Source: an uncultured Gemmatimonadales bacterium (GTDB lineage: Bacteria > Gemmatimonadota > Gemmatimonadetes > Gemmatimonadales > GWC2-71-9). From it: DNA of 64,000 bases. The DNA is taken from positions 896,001 to 960,000 of the forward strand of contig CAWGED010000019.1 of NCBI GenBank assembly GCA_963821525.1, in the 5' to 3' direction. Position numbers and translations under genes: made by a program. This document shows, in pieces, positions 23,901 through 33,583 of this stretch. Position 1 is the stretch's first letter. Each line of letters opens with the position of its first letter. A model generated the notes under the pieces. It did no database searches, was not told the origin of the DNA, and worked only from the letters and a program-made list of their open reading frames with translations.

Positions 23901-24258
23901 TTTCAATGGGGGTCTGCTCGAGGGTGAAGTCCTGGGTGATCGTCTGACCGGCCGCTACGCGAAGGCCGGACACCCCGACGGGCTTGTACCCCACGAACGT
24001 CCCGACCAGCTCATACACACCGGACGGCACGTTGTTGATGAAGTAGTAGCCCTGCGCATTGGCCACCGCACCAAAGGCGGTTCCATTGATTCGGACCTGA
24101 GCGCTCGCAATCGGAGCGCCAGCCTGATCTCGAACCCGTCCCTCGATCTTACCAGTCGACTGCGCCAGGAGCGTGCCCGCTCCCAAGGTCAGTGCGACTG
24201 CCGCACACGCGATCCATCGCGCTAGGCGGACGAAGGCGCTAACACTGCTTTCTTTCAT
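20910..24258 (-). CDS. TonB-dependent receptor with N-terminal carboxypeptidase-regulatory-like domain (frameshift ~22680)
   Basis: QSTGKIEGRVRD..GYYFINNVPSG, plug LALQPGVV..IRGGR..YIDGVPV..AEFGNAQSGVI, VGGLRYD, SPHVQVSFPV, C-terminal Phe (GVELSF); GGAGG SD. Confidence 0.9.
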
Positions 24259-24437
24259 GGAAACGTCCTCCGAAGACGTGAACACGACCTGCTGCACCGA
24301 AGGATCGAAAGCGTGCACAACCGTGGCGGCCCAGAGGCCACACAGGGGAGTGACATCGCCGGAACAACCTGCAGGAGATTGAGAGTGAAACGGACAAAAC
24401 GAACTATTTCCCGGCCGCGGCCGTGGTCGGGAGCATG

Positions 24438-24466
24438 AATATGAAGGCCGCCTCCGTACGTGTCAA
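24438..24466 (-). promoter_or_regulatory. Sigma70-type promoter of TBDR operon
   Basis: TTGACA-17 nt-CATATT on the minus strand. Confidence 0.7.
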
Positions 24467-24632
24467 GGAACCGTAACGCGTCGAAAACCGAACACTCGTT
24501 CTGAGTAACCGTTTGAAACAACAGAGGATGGACCCCGCCGTTTCACGATGGCGACTTTGGTCTCATATCGCTCACCGCGCAATTTCACGCCGCACGAGCG
24601 GAACCGACTCAGCCCGCCCCCTAAACTCCATT

Positions 24633-25797
24633 TCAGGGAAGAATCAGGTCCCGTTGGGGGGTGTTGGGGGTGACCCGGGGTCCTTCCGGGCCCCAGAACA
24701 TGTTCACCTCGCTCCGGACCCCGAACTCGCCCGGCAGGTAGATCCCGGGTTCGATCGAGAACCCGACCCCCTGGATCAGCTGTCGGTCATCGTGGGTCTC
24801 GTAGTCGTCGAGATGGGGACCCGAGCCATGCAGGTCGCGATCGATCGAATGCCCGGTGCGGTGCACGAAGTAGTCGCCCCATCCCGCCTTCTCGATCACC
24901 GACCGCGCCGCCCGGTCCGCCTCGAAGCCGGCAACCGGCCTCTTTCCAGCCGCGCCCATCACCAGCGGCGATCGCCGCATCGCGCGCATCCCGCACCGTC
25001 TCCCAGACCCGCTGCACCTTCTCGGGTGGCCGCGCTCCGCTGAATCCCATCCAGGTCTGATCCGCAAACACGGTCGCGAGACCGCGTCCCGCCCAGAGGT
25101 CGAGCAGTACTACCTGCTCTTTCTGTAGCACCGCGTCGGTTCCCTTGACCGGTTCGTAATGCGGGTTCGCCGCATTCGCCCCGTAGGCCACGATCGGCGG
25201 ATGGTCGAATTCGAGGCCGCGCTGGTGCAGTCCGTCAACCACCCTCGCCTGCAGCTCGGTCTCCCGAATCCCCTGTCCGCGAGCGACCGCCCAGCGGAGC
25301 TCTGCCTGGGCCACCTCGGCCAGCACTTCCGCCGCATATAAATGATCGGCCGTCTCCGTTGTACTCCAGCTCGCGGCGAAGCGGCTGACCAGGGGCGCCG
25401 AGGGCACCACGGTCCCGCCAAGTTTTCGGATCAGCTCCACGACCCCGGCGGGCACCCGGTCCAGATACGGGACCGCGTCTTCCGGCGAGACTTCCATTGC
25501 GAGCCGCTTCCCGCGGACGAGAGAGCCCAACTCCTGATGCAGTTCCTCCCATCTGGCGTAGGGACGGACCTGGCCGGGAAACCCACTGACCGGTTGCAAC
25601 TCGATCTTGTGCGCAACGGCTGTGGCCTGACCCTCTCGCGGGATAAGCACGAACAGCCGCCTGCTTCCCATGCCGCCGACTCCCAACACCCGGCCGGTGA
25701 CCGGATTGACCGCGCGAAAATCGTAGAGCAGCCAGCCGTCGAGCTGGAGTTCCTTGAGGCTGGTCTGAATCGCCGAGACTTGGGCCGGAGTGATCAT
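24633..25797 (-). CDS. M24 Xaa-Pro aminopeptidase family (frameshift ~24970)
   Basis: NAANPHYEP, LLDLWA, ADQT, HRTGHSID, FSIEPGIY, GVRSE. ATG overlaps the upstream TGA. Confidence 0.88.
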
Positions 25798-26411
25798 CAG
25801 TATCCCCCAACGGGCATCGCCCGCCAATGGCAAGCGTCTTCGCCACGGCCGCGGCAGCGGTCGTGGACCATCAGTCCTTCGAAACCAGTCATCATCCTGA
25901 GCAACTCGCCGAAGGCCGCGCCATAGAATGAGCAGGCTCCCCCATCCGGAACCGCGTGGATCGACAGCGGCGACGGCACCTGGGCCACCGCCCCGTCCGC
26001 TCCGACTCGCAACGAAGCATTGAGGACCCGGCGCGCCGCGTTGGTCGCGACTCGAGCGCCGATCGCCTTCCCCATCCCCGAGGGAGTCACCTGCGCCAGG
26101 GCGCGAGCCGGCAACGCGCTTGAGCGGGCAGCATACCGCGCGGCACGCCTTCCCGCATCCGCGAACACGAGTTGCGCATCGGGGCGGCGGCTCGCCAGCC
26201 GGAAGACGGCGATCGCCTCGTCGGTCGCAACCCGGCCGTCCCGTTTGGCGGCGTCCTGGTATCTATTGATCTGTGCGGCCACGGTGGCGCTGAGTCCAAG
26301 GCGCTTGGAGACGATCTCGCCGGCAAGCTCCTCGAGGCCGTCCTCCACCGGCGTGTCGAGGTTCCGAAGCGCCTCGAGCAGGCTCAGAGGGATGATGGCG
26401 TGAACGGGCAA
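25797..26411 (-). CDS. V4R/BchJ-like domain protein
   Basis: ACSFYGAAFGEL..HDRCRGRGEDACHW Cys pattern; start uncertain. Confidence 0.65.
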   Translation of the reverse strand: MPVHAIIPLSLLEALRNLDTPVEDGLEELAGEIVSKRLGLSATVAAQINRYQDAAKRDGRVATDEAIAVFRLASRRPDAQLVFADAGRRAARYAARSSALPARALAQVTPSGMGKAIGARVATNAARRVLNASLRVGADGAVAQVPSPLSIHAVPDGGACSFYGAAFGELLRMMTGFEGLMVHDRCRGRGEDACHWRAMPVGGY

Positions 26412-26581
26412 GTAGGGGAATCGGGCAAGAGGGATCAGGGAGCAGTGAGTCCGGCGGGATTAGAATAACCGAAACTGCTCCCCGGGGACAATCATCAGGA
26501 GGTTAGCCGATCAATCCCTTTACATCTCCCCTCGGCTCGCTTTCGGTTCCGGCCAGCTTTCTGGTCAGTGCGGCCATTGCT

Positions 26582-27311
26582 TTGATCGCCTTTGGCTTCC
26601 ACGCCCTGACCGGGTTCGGCGCCTTGGCCGCGACCGCCATCGGGAGCGCCATCCTCATCGGAACCGGGCTCCCCGGTGGGGCTGCGCTCCTCACGTTCTT
26701 TATAGGAAGCAGTATCGTATCCCGGGTAAGCCCGGATCCCGCCAGCCGGCTGGGGGCAAAGGGCTCCCGCCGCGACCATTGGCAGGTGCTGGCCAATGGC
26801 GGGGTGGCGGCGGCCGGGGCGCTCCTCGGAGCGGGACCAGGCCTCTGGATCGTTACTGCGAGCCTGGCGGTGGCTGCCGCTGATACCTGGGCGACTTCGA
26901 TCGGTGCGTGGAGTCCGAGTCCGCCTCGTCACCTGCTTAGTGGAAAGGTGGTCCCGCCCGGGACCAGCGGGGGTATTACACTCCTCGGAACGCTGGGAGC
27001 GCTGGCGGGAGCGGTCGATGGTCGCCGGGGTGGGAGCATGGGTATCCCACCAAGGTTGGCTTCTTCCTGTCGCCACGATGGTAGGTATCGCCGGAATGCT
27101 GGCAGACTCGGCGCTGGGAGCAGGGCTGCAGGGACGGTTCTATTGCGCTCAATGCAGGGAAGACACCGAGCGTAGAGTGCATCACTGTGGGACGCGCAGC
27201 GTACCGCGCGGAGGGTTGCCATGGCTGAACAACGATGGAGTCAACGCGCTGGCCACGGCACTCGGTGGAATGGCCGGCTGGGCTGGCTGGTGGTTGCTGG
27301 GCTCGCGCTGA
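26582..27311 (+). CDS. DUF92 (TMEM19-like) membrane protein (frameshift ~27016; start uncertain)
   Basis: RDHWQVLANGG, ADTWATSIG, VPPGTSGGITLLG, DSALGAGLQ, CxxC..HHCG, NNDGVN. Confidence 0.85.
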
Positions 27312-27778
27312 GTATTGCCGCCTGCACGGCCGACGCTCGTGATCCTGTTGGCATTACTCCACCGAATGATCCGGGGACGACCAGCGGCGGTGGTGGAGAC
27401 GGAGGGACCGGGGGCGGTGGGACGGGCGGTGGCGGCACCGGAGGCGGTGGCACCTCGATGGGTGGTTCGGCGGCCGAGGCTCTGGTCGGCGCCTGGGAGA
27501 ACGTGGTTGCGATCGAGATGTCCGGCGACTTCCAGACCGTCAGGACCCGCTGGGATTTTCGCGACAGTGGAGGCTGTCGTCAGACCGTGAGCACCTTCTC
27601 CGTGCTGGACGGGATGACCTTTGTCACGGTCCGAGACTGCATCTTCACGATCAACAACGGCAACGTGGTCATCAGCTTCACTGACGCGATGGCGTCGGTC
27701 AGCTTCTCGCTGAGCTTCCCCCAGTTCACTCGCGATCGCATTCTCCTCGGCGGCATCCCCTTCGATCGCACCGCCTGA
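27221..27778 (+). CDS. Lipoprotein with Gly-rich linker, lipocalin-like
   Basis: Lipobox IAAC, GGT repeats, LVGAW motif; start uncertain, overlaps the DUF92 end. Confidence 0.6.
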   Translation: MAEQRWSQRAGHGTRWNGRLGWLVVAGLALSIAACTADARDPVGITPPNDPGTTSGGGGDGGTGGGGTGGGGTGGGGTSMGGSAAEALVGAWENVVAIEMSGDFQTVRTRWDFRDSGGCRQTVSTFSVLDGMTFVTVRDCIFTINNGNVVISFTDAMASVSFSLSFPQFTRDRILLGGIPFDRTA

Positions 27779-27785
27779 GGCACGC

Positions 27786-29000
27786 GTGACCAAAGCCGGG
27801 GTCGACGTCCTAGTCGTAGGCGCGGGACCGGCGGGCAGTGCTACGACCTGGCATCTCGCGCGCCAGGGCTATCGAGTGGTCGCGGTAGATCGGGCGACCT
27901 TCCCCCGTGAAAAAGCATGCTCCGAGTACATGAGTCCGGAGGCAGTCCGGCTGCTCGACCGGCTTGGGGTAGTTGCGACGCTGGAAGCCGCAGGCGCGGC
28001 CCCGCTCTACGGCACCACCGTCATCGGTCCTGCCGGAAGCCGGCTGACCGGATTGTTCGCGCGAGCAGGTGTGACCCTGACCCGAAACGCCGGTTTCTCG
28101 ATCGCTCGGCGAATTCTCGACCAGCAACTGGTTGACGCGGCCCGCAGCGCTGGCGGAGAGGTGCTGGATGGTGTGGGTCTGGAAGCTCTCCTTTATGAAA
28201 ACGGCGGCGTGGGCGGCGCCGTGCTCCGCGATGCCGCCGGCCGCAGACGGACAATTCGCGCGCGCCTCACCATCGGCGCCGATGGTCTTCGCTCGCTGGT
28301 AGCGCGCCGGATCGGGCGCCGGACTCATGGTCGGCTATCACGGATGGCCTTCGTCGCTCATGTCGCTGGCGTCCCCGGAATGGGCGATGTGGCTGAGATG
28401 CATGTGGGTCGCTCGGGATACGTCGGACTCAATCGACTGGGCAAAGGCGTGACCAATGTCGCGCTGGTCGTTCCTCGATCTCTCGCGGGCCAGGCAAAAG
28501 GGCGGGCCACCGCATTCTTTCAGGAGCAACTCGAGCTCTTCCCCGGAGTGCGCGGGCGAGTCCCGCGAGATGGTATCGTTCGCGAAGTCCTCGTCACGGG
28601 ACCCTTCGCCGCCTGGTCCGGCAGAGTCGTAACCGACGGCGCGCTCCTCGTGGGCGACGCTGCCGACTTCTTCGATCCCTTTACCGGTGAAGGCATCTAC
28701 TCCGCGCTGCGGGGTGCCGAGCTGGCGACAGACGCAGCCGTGGAAGCGCTTCATCGTCCCGGCCAGGTCGCCGCATCCCGACTTGCCGGGTACGTTGGAG
28801 CACGCAAGCGAGCGTTTGCCGGAAAGTGGGCCCTGGAACGCCTCATCGGGTACGCCATGCTGTTACCACCTCTGTTCGATCGCGCCGTGGAGCGGCTGGA
28901 GCGCCGCGGACTGTCGCATACCCTGATTGGCGCGACGGGAGACCTGCTGCCCGCCCGCCAGGTATTGCATCCCGGTTTCCTGGCCAGGATGGTCCTCTGA
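27786..29000 (+). CDS. FAD-dependent oxidoreductase (geranylgeranyl reductase/aromatic hydroxylase family)
   Basis: VVGAGPAG, FPREKACSEY, IGADG, LVGDAA..DPFTGEGI. Confidence 0.88.
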   Translation: MTKAGVDVLVVGAGPAGSATTWHLARQGYRVVAVDRATFPREKACSEYMSPEAVRLLDRLGVVATLEAAGAAPLYGTTVIGPAGSRLTGLFARAGVTLTRNAGFSIARRILDQQLVDAARSAGGEVLDGVGLEALLYENGGVGGAVLRDAAGRRRTIRARLTIGADGLRSLVARRIGRRTHGRLSRMAFVAHVAGVPGMGDVAEMHVGRSGYVGLNRLGKGVTNVALVVPRSLAGQAKGRATAFFQEQLELFPGVRGRVPRDGIVREVLVTGPFAAWSGRVVTDGALLVGDAADFFDPFTGEGIYSALRGAELATDAAVEALHRPGQVAASRLAGYVGARKRAFAGKWALERLIGYAMLLPPLFDRAVERLERRGLSHTLIGATGDLLPARQVLHPGFLARMVL

Positions 29001-29488
29001 TCGTCCCCGACATTGATCGCGCCGTCTTCCGGCGGCTCCTTGGCCGGTTCGCGACCGGGGTCACCATCCTCACTGCAAGGGACGGGCAAGGCAGGATTGC
29101 CGGGATGACCGCCAACAGCCTGGCCTCGGTTTCCTTGGCGCCGCCTCTGGTCTCCGTCTGCGTCGAACGCCTCGCTGAGATGCACCAGGTGCTGAACGGC
29201 GCCACGCGATACGTCCTCAACGTCCTGAGCGAGGCACAGGAAAGCCTGTCCCGCCGGTTTGCCGAATTGCCCGTTGCCGAGAGATTCCATGGTGTGCCCT
29301 ATCGGGAGACGGAGAACGGGCTGATCGTGCTCGAGGGAGTGCTGGCCCACATCGAGTGCGAGCGGTTTGCCGATTTTCCGCTCGGCGATCACACGCTATT
29401 CGTCGGTCGAGTAACTGGCGGTGCATCTGGAGAGGGAGCCCCGCTGCTCTACTATCGCGGCAACTACGGTTCCATGAGATCACTGTGA
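28997..29488 (+). CDS. Flavin reductase-like protein (HpaC/DszD type); exact start unclear
   Basis: FRRLLGRFATGVT, GMTANS, SVSLAPPL, GDHTLFVG, PLLYYRGNY. Confidence 0.88.
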   Translation: MIVPDIDRAVFRRLLGRFATGVTILTARDGQGRIAGMTANSLASVSLAPPLVSVCVERLAEMHQVLNGATRYVLNVLSEAQESLSRRFAELPVAERFHGVPYRETENGLIVLEGVLAHIECERFADFPLGDHTLFVGRVTGGASGEGAPLLYYRGNYGSMRSL

Positions 29489-30177
29489 ACGGCGTCGAGC
29501 TTGCCACGATCGGCCGGGAACTGCTGGATGATCCGGCCGCCGATCCCGCCGCGGTCCGGGAGTCACTGCACCACATCGCCCGATCGAATCGCTGGTTTGG
29601 CGGTCGTCAAGCTGTTCGTCACGGTCTCGCCCGGCTGTGCCAAGGCCTGCCCGGCGGCATGACACTCACGATGCTGGACGTCGGCACCGGACTCGGCGAT
29701 CTCCCTCTGGACGCCGTGAAGTGGGGTGCCGGTCGCGGCATCCGCCTGGTTCCGTTCGGGCTCGAACGGAGTCGCCCGGCCGCAGTGCTCGCTCGGGACG
29801 CCGGGCTTCCGATGATCCTGGGATGTGCCGGTGCGCTGCCGATCAAGCATCGCTCGGTGGACATCGTGGTGTTGAGTCAGGTCGCTCACCACATGCACAG
29901 CGACGCAGTCATGAGGATGGCCCGGGAGTTCACCATGGTCGCCAGGGTCGGCGTTGTACTGGCGGACCTCCGCCGCTCCCGGCTGGCGATGATCGGTTTC
30001 TGGTTCGGCTCGCGAATGCTCCGCTTCGATCCAGCGACGCGCGCCGACGGCCTCACCTCCGTGAGGCGCAGCTACACCCGGATCGAACTGAAAACCCTGC
30101 TCTCCCGGGCCGGAATCGATGCGAACGTCGAACAGCGTCCCGGGTTCCGGCTCGTCGCGACGTGGCGCTCGGGATGA
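29485..30177 (+). CDS. Class I SAM-dependent methyltransferase
   Basis: GTGA overlap; ELLDD, NRWFGG, LDVGTGLGD, HH, DLRRS, DGLTSVRRSY. Confidence 0.88.
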   Translation: MNGVELATIGRELLDDPAADPAAVRESLHHIARSNRWFGGRQAVRHGLARLCQGLPGGMTLTMLDVGTGLGDLPLDAVKWGAGRGIRLVPFGLERSRPAAVLARDAGLPMILGCAGALPIKHRSVDIVVLSQVAHHMHSDAVMRMAREFTMVARVGVVLADLRRSRLAMIGFWFGSRMLRFDPATRADGLTSVRRSYTRIELKTLLSRAGIDANVEQRPGFRLVATWRSG

Positions 30178-30653
30178 AGACCGTGGATGAGCGGCGCATG
30201 CGCGCGCCGGCCGACTTGGTGTTCAAGGCCGCGAGCGAGGTCGAGCGCTGGCCCGAATGGCTCACGCATTATCGCTGGGTCCGGATTCTCGAACGTCGCG
30301 CCGGAAGCGTCGTCGTCGAGATGGCGGCATGGAGACCATTCCCTGTAGGTAAATACCCTACATGGTGGGTATCCGAGATGTGGGTGAAACCGGCCGATCT
30401 TGAAGTCCGATACCGACATATCCGAGGGGTGACAAAAGGGATGGACGTCGTATGGCGGCTGGTGCCCTCCGGCGAATCAACGGACGTCTCCATTATTCAT
30501 GAGTGGGACGGCCCCCGCTGGCCCGTGATCGGGCGGCCGGCGGCGGAACTGGTGATCGGGCCGGTGTTTGTGCACGGCATCGCGTCGCGAACGCTGGCGG
30601 GAATAGCCCGTCACGTAGAAAAAGCCGCGATGGGAACAGCAGCGACGCCGTGA
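30174..30653 (+). CDS. SRPBCC/START polyketide cyclase-aromatase family protein
   Basis: ATGA overlap; APADLVF..ASEVERWPEWLTHY, RHIRGVTKGMDVVW. Confidence 0.82.
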   Translation: MKTVDERRMRAPADLVFKAASEVERWPEWLTHYRWVRILERRAGSVVVEMAAWRPFPVGKYPTWWVSEMWVKPADLEVRYRHIRGVTKGMDVVWRLVPSGESTDVSIIHEWDGPRWPVIGRPAAELVIGPVFVHGIASRTLAGIARHVEKAAMGTAATP

Positions 30654-30678
30654 TGAGCTAAGCAATACAAGAGGTAAC

Positions 30679-31926
30679 ATGGAAAATCAGAGAAGGGTCG
30701 TCATCACTGGAATCGGGGCCATCACTCCCATCGGCATTGGAGTGGACGCCGTGTGGGACGGCCTGCGGAGCCGCCGCTCGGCAGTACGGGAAATCACTCG
30801 CTTTGATGCATCACCATTCAAGTCGCGGATCGCCGCTCAAGTCGACGACTTCCATCCCACCGATCACATCGAGGAGCGCCGGGCCCGGCGGCTCGATCGC
30901 TACTCGATGTTCAGCGTGGCAGCGACCCGGATGGCGCTCAAGGACGCCGAAATTGATCTCGCGAAAGAGGATCGGGACCGGATTGGCGCGATGATGGGGA
31001 CGGCGCTGGGCGGCATCGCTCGGGCCGAAGCCGAGCACCGCCACTTCGTCGAAGGCGGAGTGCGGGCGGTAGAGCCAACGCTCGCGCTGCAGGTCTACGC
31101 CGGCGCGGCGAGTTGCAATATCGCAATAGAGTTCGGGGTTTGCGGACCCAATTCGACCAACGGGATGAGCTGTGCTTCAGGCACCATCGCGGTGGGCGAT
31201 GGCTTCCGCGCCATTGCACGGGGCGATGCGGACGTCATGGTAGCCGGCGGCGCGGAAGCTCCGCTGGCACCACTCTGCTTCGCCGCGTTTGCCATCATCC
31301 GGGCGATGTCTACCCGGAATGATGATCCTGCGACGGCCAGCCGTCCTTTCGACCGGCATCGCGATGGGTTCGTGATGGGGGAAGGCTCTGCGATTGTGGT
31401 TCTCGAGGAGCGGAATCGCGCGCTCAGCAGAGGCGCAAAGATCTACGCCGAGGTATGTGGGTACGGGCTCACCAATGACGCGTTCCATATGACTCAGCCG
31501 CGTCCCGATGCCCGCCAGGCGGCTCGCGCCATGTCCCTCGCGCTAGCCGAAGCGCGACTGACTCCCGGCGAGGTGGGGTACCTCAATGCGCACGGGTCCT
31601 CGACTCCGCTCAATGACCCGACGGAGACCGCGGCAATCAAGCAGGTGTTCGGAGAAGCCAGCAAGAGTCTCTTGCTGAGTGGGACCAAGGGCTACTATGG
31701 CCACGCCCTCGGCGCGAGCGGAGCGTTCGAAACTGTCATTTGTGCCTTGGCAAGCAGCCACCGGTGGCTTCCGCCGACGGTCAACCTCGCCGATCCCGAC
31801 CCGGCCTGTGACCTGGACTATATCGCCGGCGAAGGCCGCGAGGCCGATCCGGAATTCATCCTCACCAACTCGTTCGGTTTTGGAGGGATTAACGCCAGCC
31901 TGGTTCTCCGCCGAAACGACCCCTAG
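30679..31926 (+). CDS. Beta-ketoacyl synthase (FabF/KS-alpha-like)
   Basis: RRVVITGIG, catalytic Cys (MSCASG), His (NAHGSST), His (GHALGA), SRPFD..RDGFVMGEG, NSFGFGG. Confidence 0.92.
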   Translation: MENQRRVVITGIGAITPIGIGVDAVWDGLRSRRSAVREITRFDASPFKSRIAAQVDDFHPTDHIEERRARRLDRYSMFSVAATRMALKDAEIDLAKEDRDRIGAMMGTALGGIARAEAEHRHFVEGGVRAVEPTLALQVYAGAASCNIAIEFGVCGPNSTNGMSCASGTIAVGDGFRAIARGDADVMVAGGAEAPLAPLCFAAFAIIRAMSTRNDDPATASRPFDRHRDGFVMGEGSAIVVLEERNRALSRGAKIYAEVCGYGLTNDAFHMTQPRPDARQAARAMSLALAEARLTPGEVGYLNAHGSSTPLNDPTETAAIKQVFGEASKSLLLSGTKGYYGHALGASGAFETVICALASSHRWLPPTVNLADPDPACDLDYIAGEGREADPEFILTNSFGFGGINASLVLRRNDP

Positions 31927-31994
31927 AGCGCCGGGGGACCACCGTTTACAGTTCACCGTCCCTTAAGCGGCCTTCACCCTTTCCTCCCGGAGCC

Positions 31995-32669
31995 ATGGCG
32001 TCACTCACCCGCCGGTTGACGGCAGAAGCCCTCGGCACCTTCAGTTTCGTATTCATCGGATGCGCCTCGGTTACCGCTGCTGGAATCATCGGTGGCGACG
32101 GCGGGGTCCTCGGCGTCGCATTCGCGCACGCGGTCGCATTGTCGGTCATGATCACGGCCACGATGAACATCTCGGGTGGCCATTTGAATCCGGCCGTGAC
32201 GCTCAGCCTGCTCAGCGTGCGCCGCATCGATGCCAAATCCGCTCTCCTTTATATAGTCGCACAGTTGGGCGGTGCCGCCCTGGGCGCTCTGCTGGTCAAG
32301 CTCCTCTACGGCCACAACTTCACTCATCCGATCACCCTCGGTACTCCAAGCCTGGCCAACACCATGACCTGGGGCACCGCGATCGGAATCGAAGCAGTCT
32401 TGACCTTCTTCCTCGTGTCAGCGGTCTTCGGCACCGCCGTGTCGCCCGACGCCCCCAAGGTGGGAGGGTTCGGCATCGGCATGGTTCTGCTATTTGACAT
32501 CATCGCCGGCGGCGCCTTGACCGGTGCAGTCATGAACCCCGCTCGCGCGTTTGGGCCGGCACTCATCTCGGGTACCTGGTACGCCCAACCGGTCTGGTGG
32601 ATCGGTCCTATACTGGGCGGGCTTGTCGCGGCGCAGATCTGGGAGAGGGTGCTGCTGAAGAAGGACTAG
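31995..32669 (+). CDS. MIP-family aquaporin
   Basis: ISGGHLNPAVT and MNPARAFGP. Confidence 0.95.
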   Translation: MASLTRRLTAEALGTFSFVFIGCASVTAAGIIGGDGGVLGVAFAHAVALSVMITATMNISGGHLNPAVTLSLLSVRRIDAKSALLYIVAQLGGAALGALLVKLLYGHNFTHPITLGTPSLANTMTWGTAIGIEAVLTFFLVSAVFGTAVSPDAPKVGGFGIGMVLLFDIIAGGALTGAVMNPARAFGPALISGTWYAQPVWWIGPILGGLVAAQIWERVLLKKD

Positions 32670-32688
32670 AAGAGGAAGTAATAATGGC

Positions 32689-32778
32689 GAGAATTGAAGA
32701 TTGAAGATTGCAGATTGAAGATTTGATGAACAGTTGTTTTTTCAATCTGCAATCTGAAATCAGCAATCTTCAATTCTC
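32689..32778. repeat. GAAGATT/CAGATTG heptamer array with inverted copy (15-bp perfect terminal IR)
   Basis: gagaattgaagattg ... caatcttcaattctc. Confidence 0.85.
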
Positions 32779-32895
32779 CTCCCTGTTCACCCGTCTGGCC
32801 CTCCCCCACAACACCAGCACATAACCCAGGTAGATCACGGTGGCCACGACGTAGGCGGCGACCATGTATCCGCCGTTGCTTGGGGTCTCAGGCAT
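32770..32895 (-). CDS. ccmD: CcmD-like heme exporter small subunit (41 aa, not in ORF track)
   Basis: MPETPSNGGYMVAAYVVATVIYLGYVLVLWGRARRVNREEN*: Y..AY, one TM helix and a charged tail; overlaps the ccmC stop. Confidence 0.75.
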   Translation of the reverse strand: MPETPSNGGYMVAAYVVATVIYLGYVLVLWGRARRVNREEN

Positions 32896-33583
32896 GGCCC
32901 CGCTCCTCGGCCTCCTGGGCCAGTCTGATTCCGTAAGCCAGCGTCACCAATCCGACATACAGAAGCGTGAATGCGGCGAAGGAGATCAAGAGCGTCCGCA
33001 GCATCTCCGGATCGAGCGATGGAGCGCTCGGCTTGAGCACGATCGGGATCGGGTGTAGCCCCCGAAACAGATAGACGCTCAGGTGAATGAAGGGCACCAG
33101 GACCATCGCCATGATGCCAACGACGGCCGAGAGTCGTGCCCGCTCGGTGGGCACCCGGATGGCGGATCGGAGGACCTGGTATCCGAGCAGGAGGAAGAAC
33201 AGAAAGAGCGTCAGCGACAGGCGCGCGTCCCAGGTCCACCAGGCGCCCCAGATCGGCTTTCCCCAGATGGGACCGGTAGTGAGCACCACGGCACAGAACA
33301 CGGTTCCGACTTCGGCCGAAGTCGCGGCGAAGCGGTCGAAGTGCTGGTCGCCCAACCAGAGATAGAGGATGCTGGCGAGACCGGTCAGGCCAACCGCCAG
33401 GAACGCACACCACGCCGATGGCGCATGGATGTAGAAGATTTTCTGAGCCAGTCCCTGCCTGATCTCGGTCGGGGTAAAACGCTGGGCGAGGACCACCATG
33501 CCGGCCAGCGCCAGGAGGGCTAGCAGGGTGAGCCGCCAGCCTCGGCGGACCAGGATTTGGGCCCGGATGGGATCGGCGTTCAT
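32888..33583 (-). CDS. ccmC: Heme exporter CcmC
   Basis: IFYIHAP, WWD motif WGKPIWGAWWTWDARL, LHP. Confidence 0.93.
   Translation of the reverse strand: MNADPIRAQILVRRGWRLTLLALLALAGMVVLAQRFTPTEIRQGLAQKIFYIHAPSAWCAFLAVGLTGLASILYLWLGDQHFDRFAATSAEVGTVFCAVVLTTGPIWGKPIWGAWWTWDARLSLTLFLFFLLLGYQVLRSAIRVPTERARLSAVVGIMAMVLVPFIHLSVYLFRGLHPIPIVLKPSAPSLDPEMLRTLLISFAAFTLLYVGLVTLAYGIRLAQEAEERGHA

Noticed and set aside
27384..27452. GGC/ACC repeats as a DNA element
   Set aside because: They encode a Gly/Thr linker in a lipoprotein.
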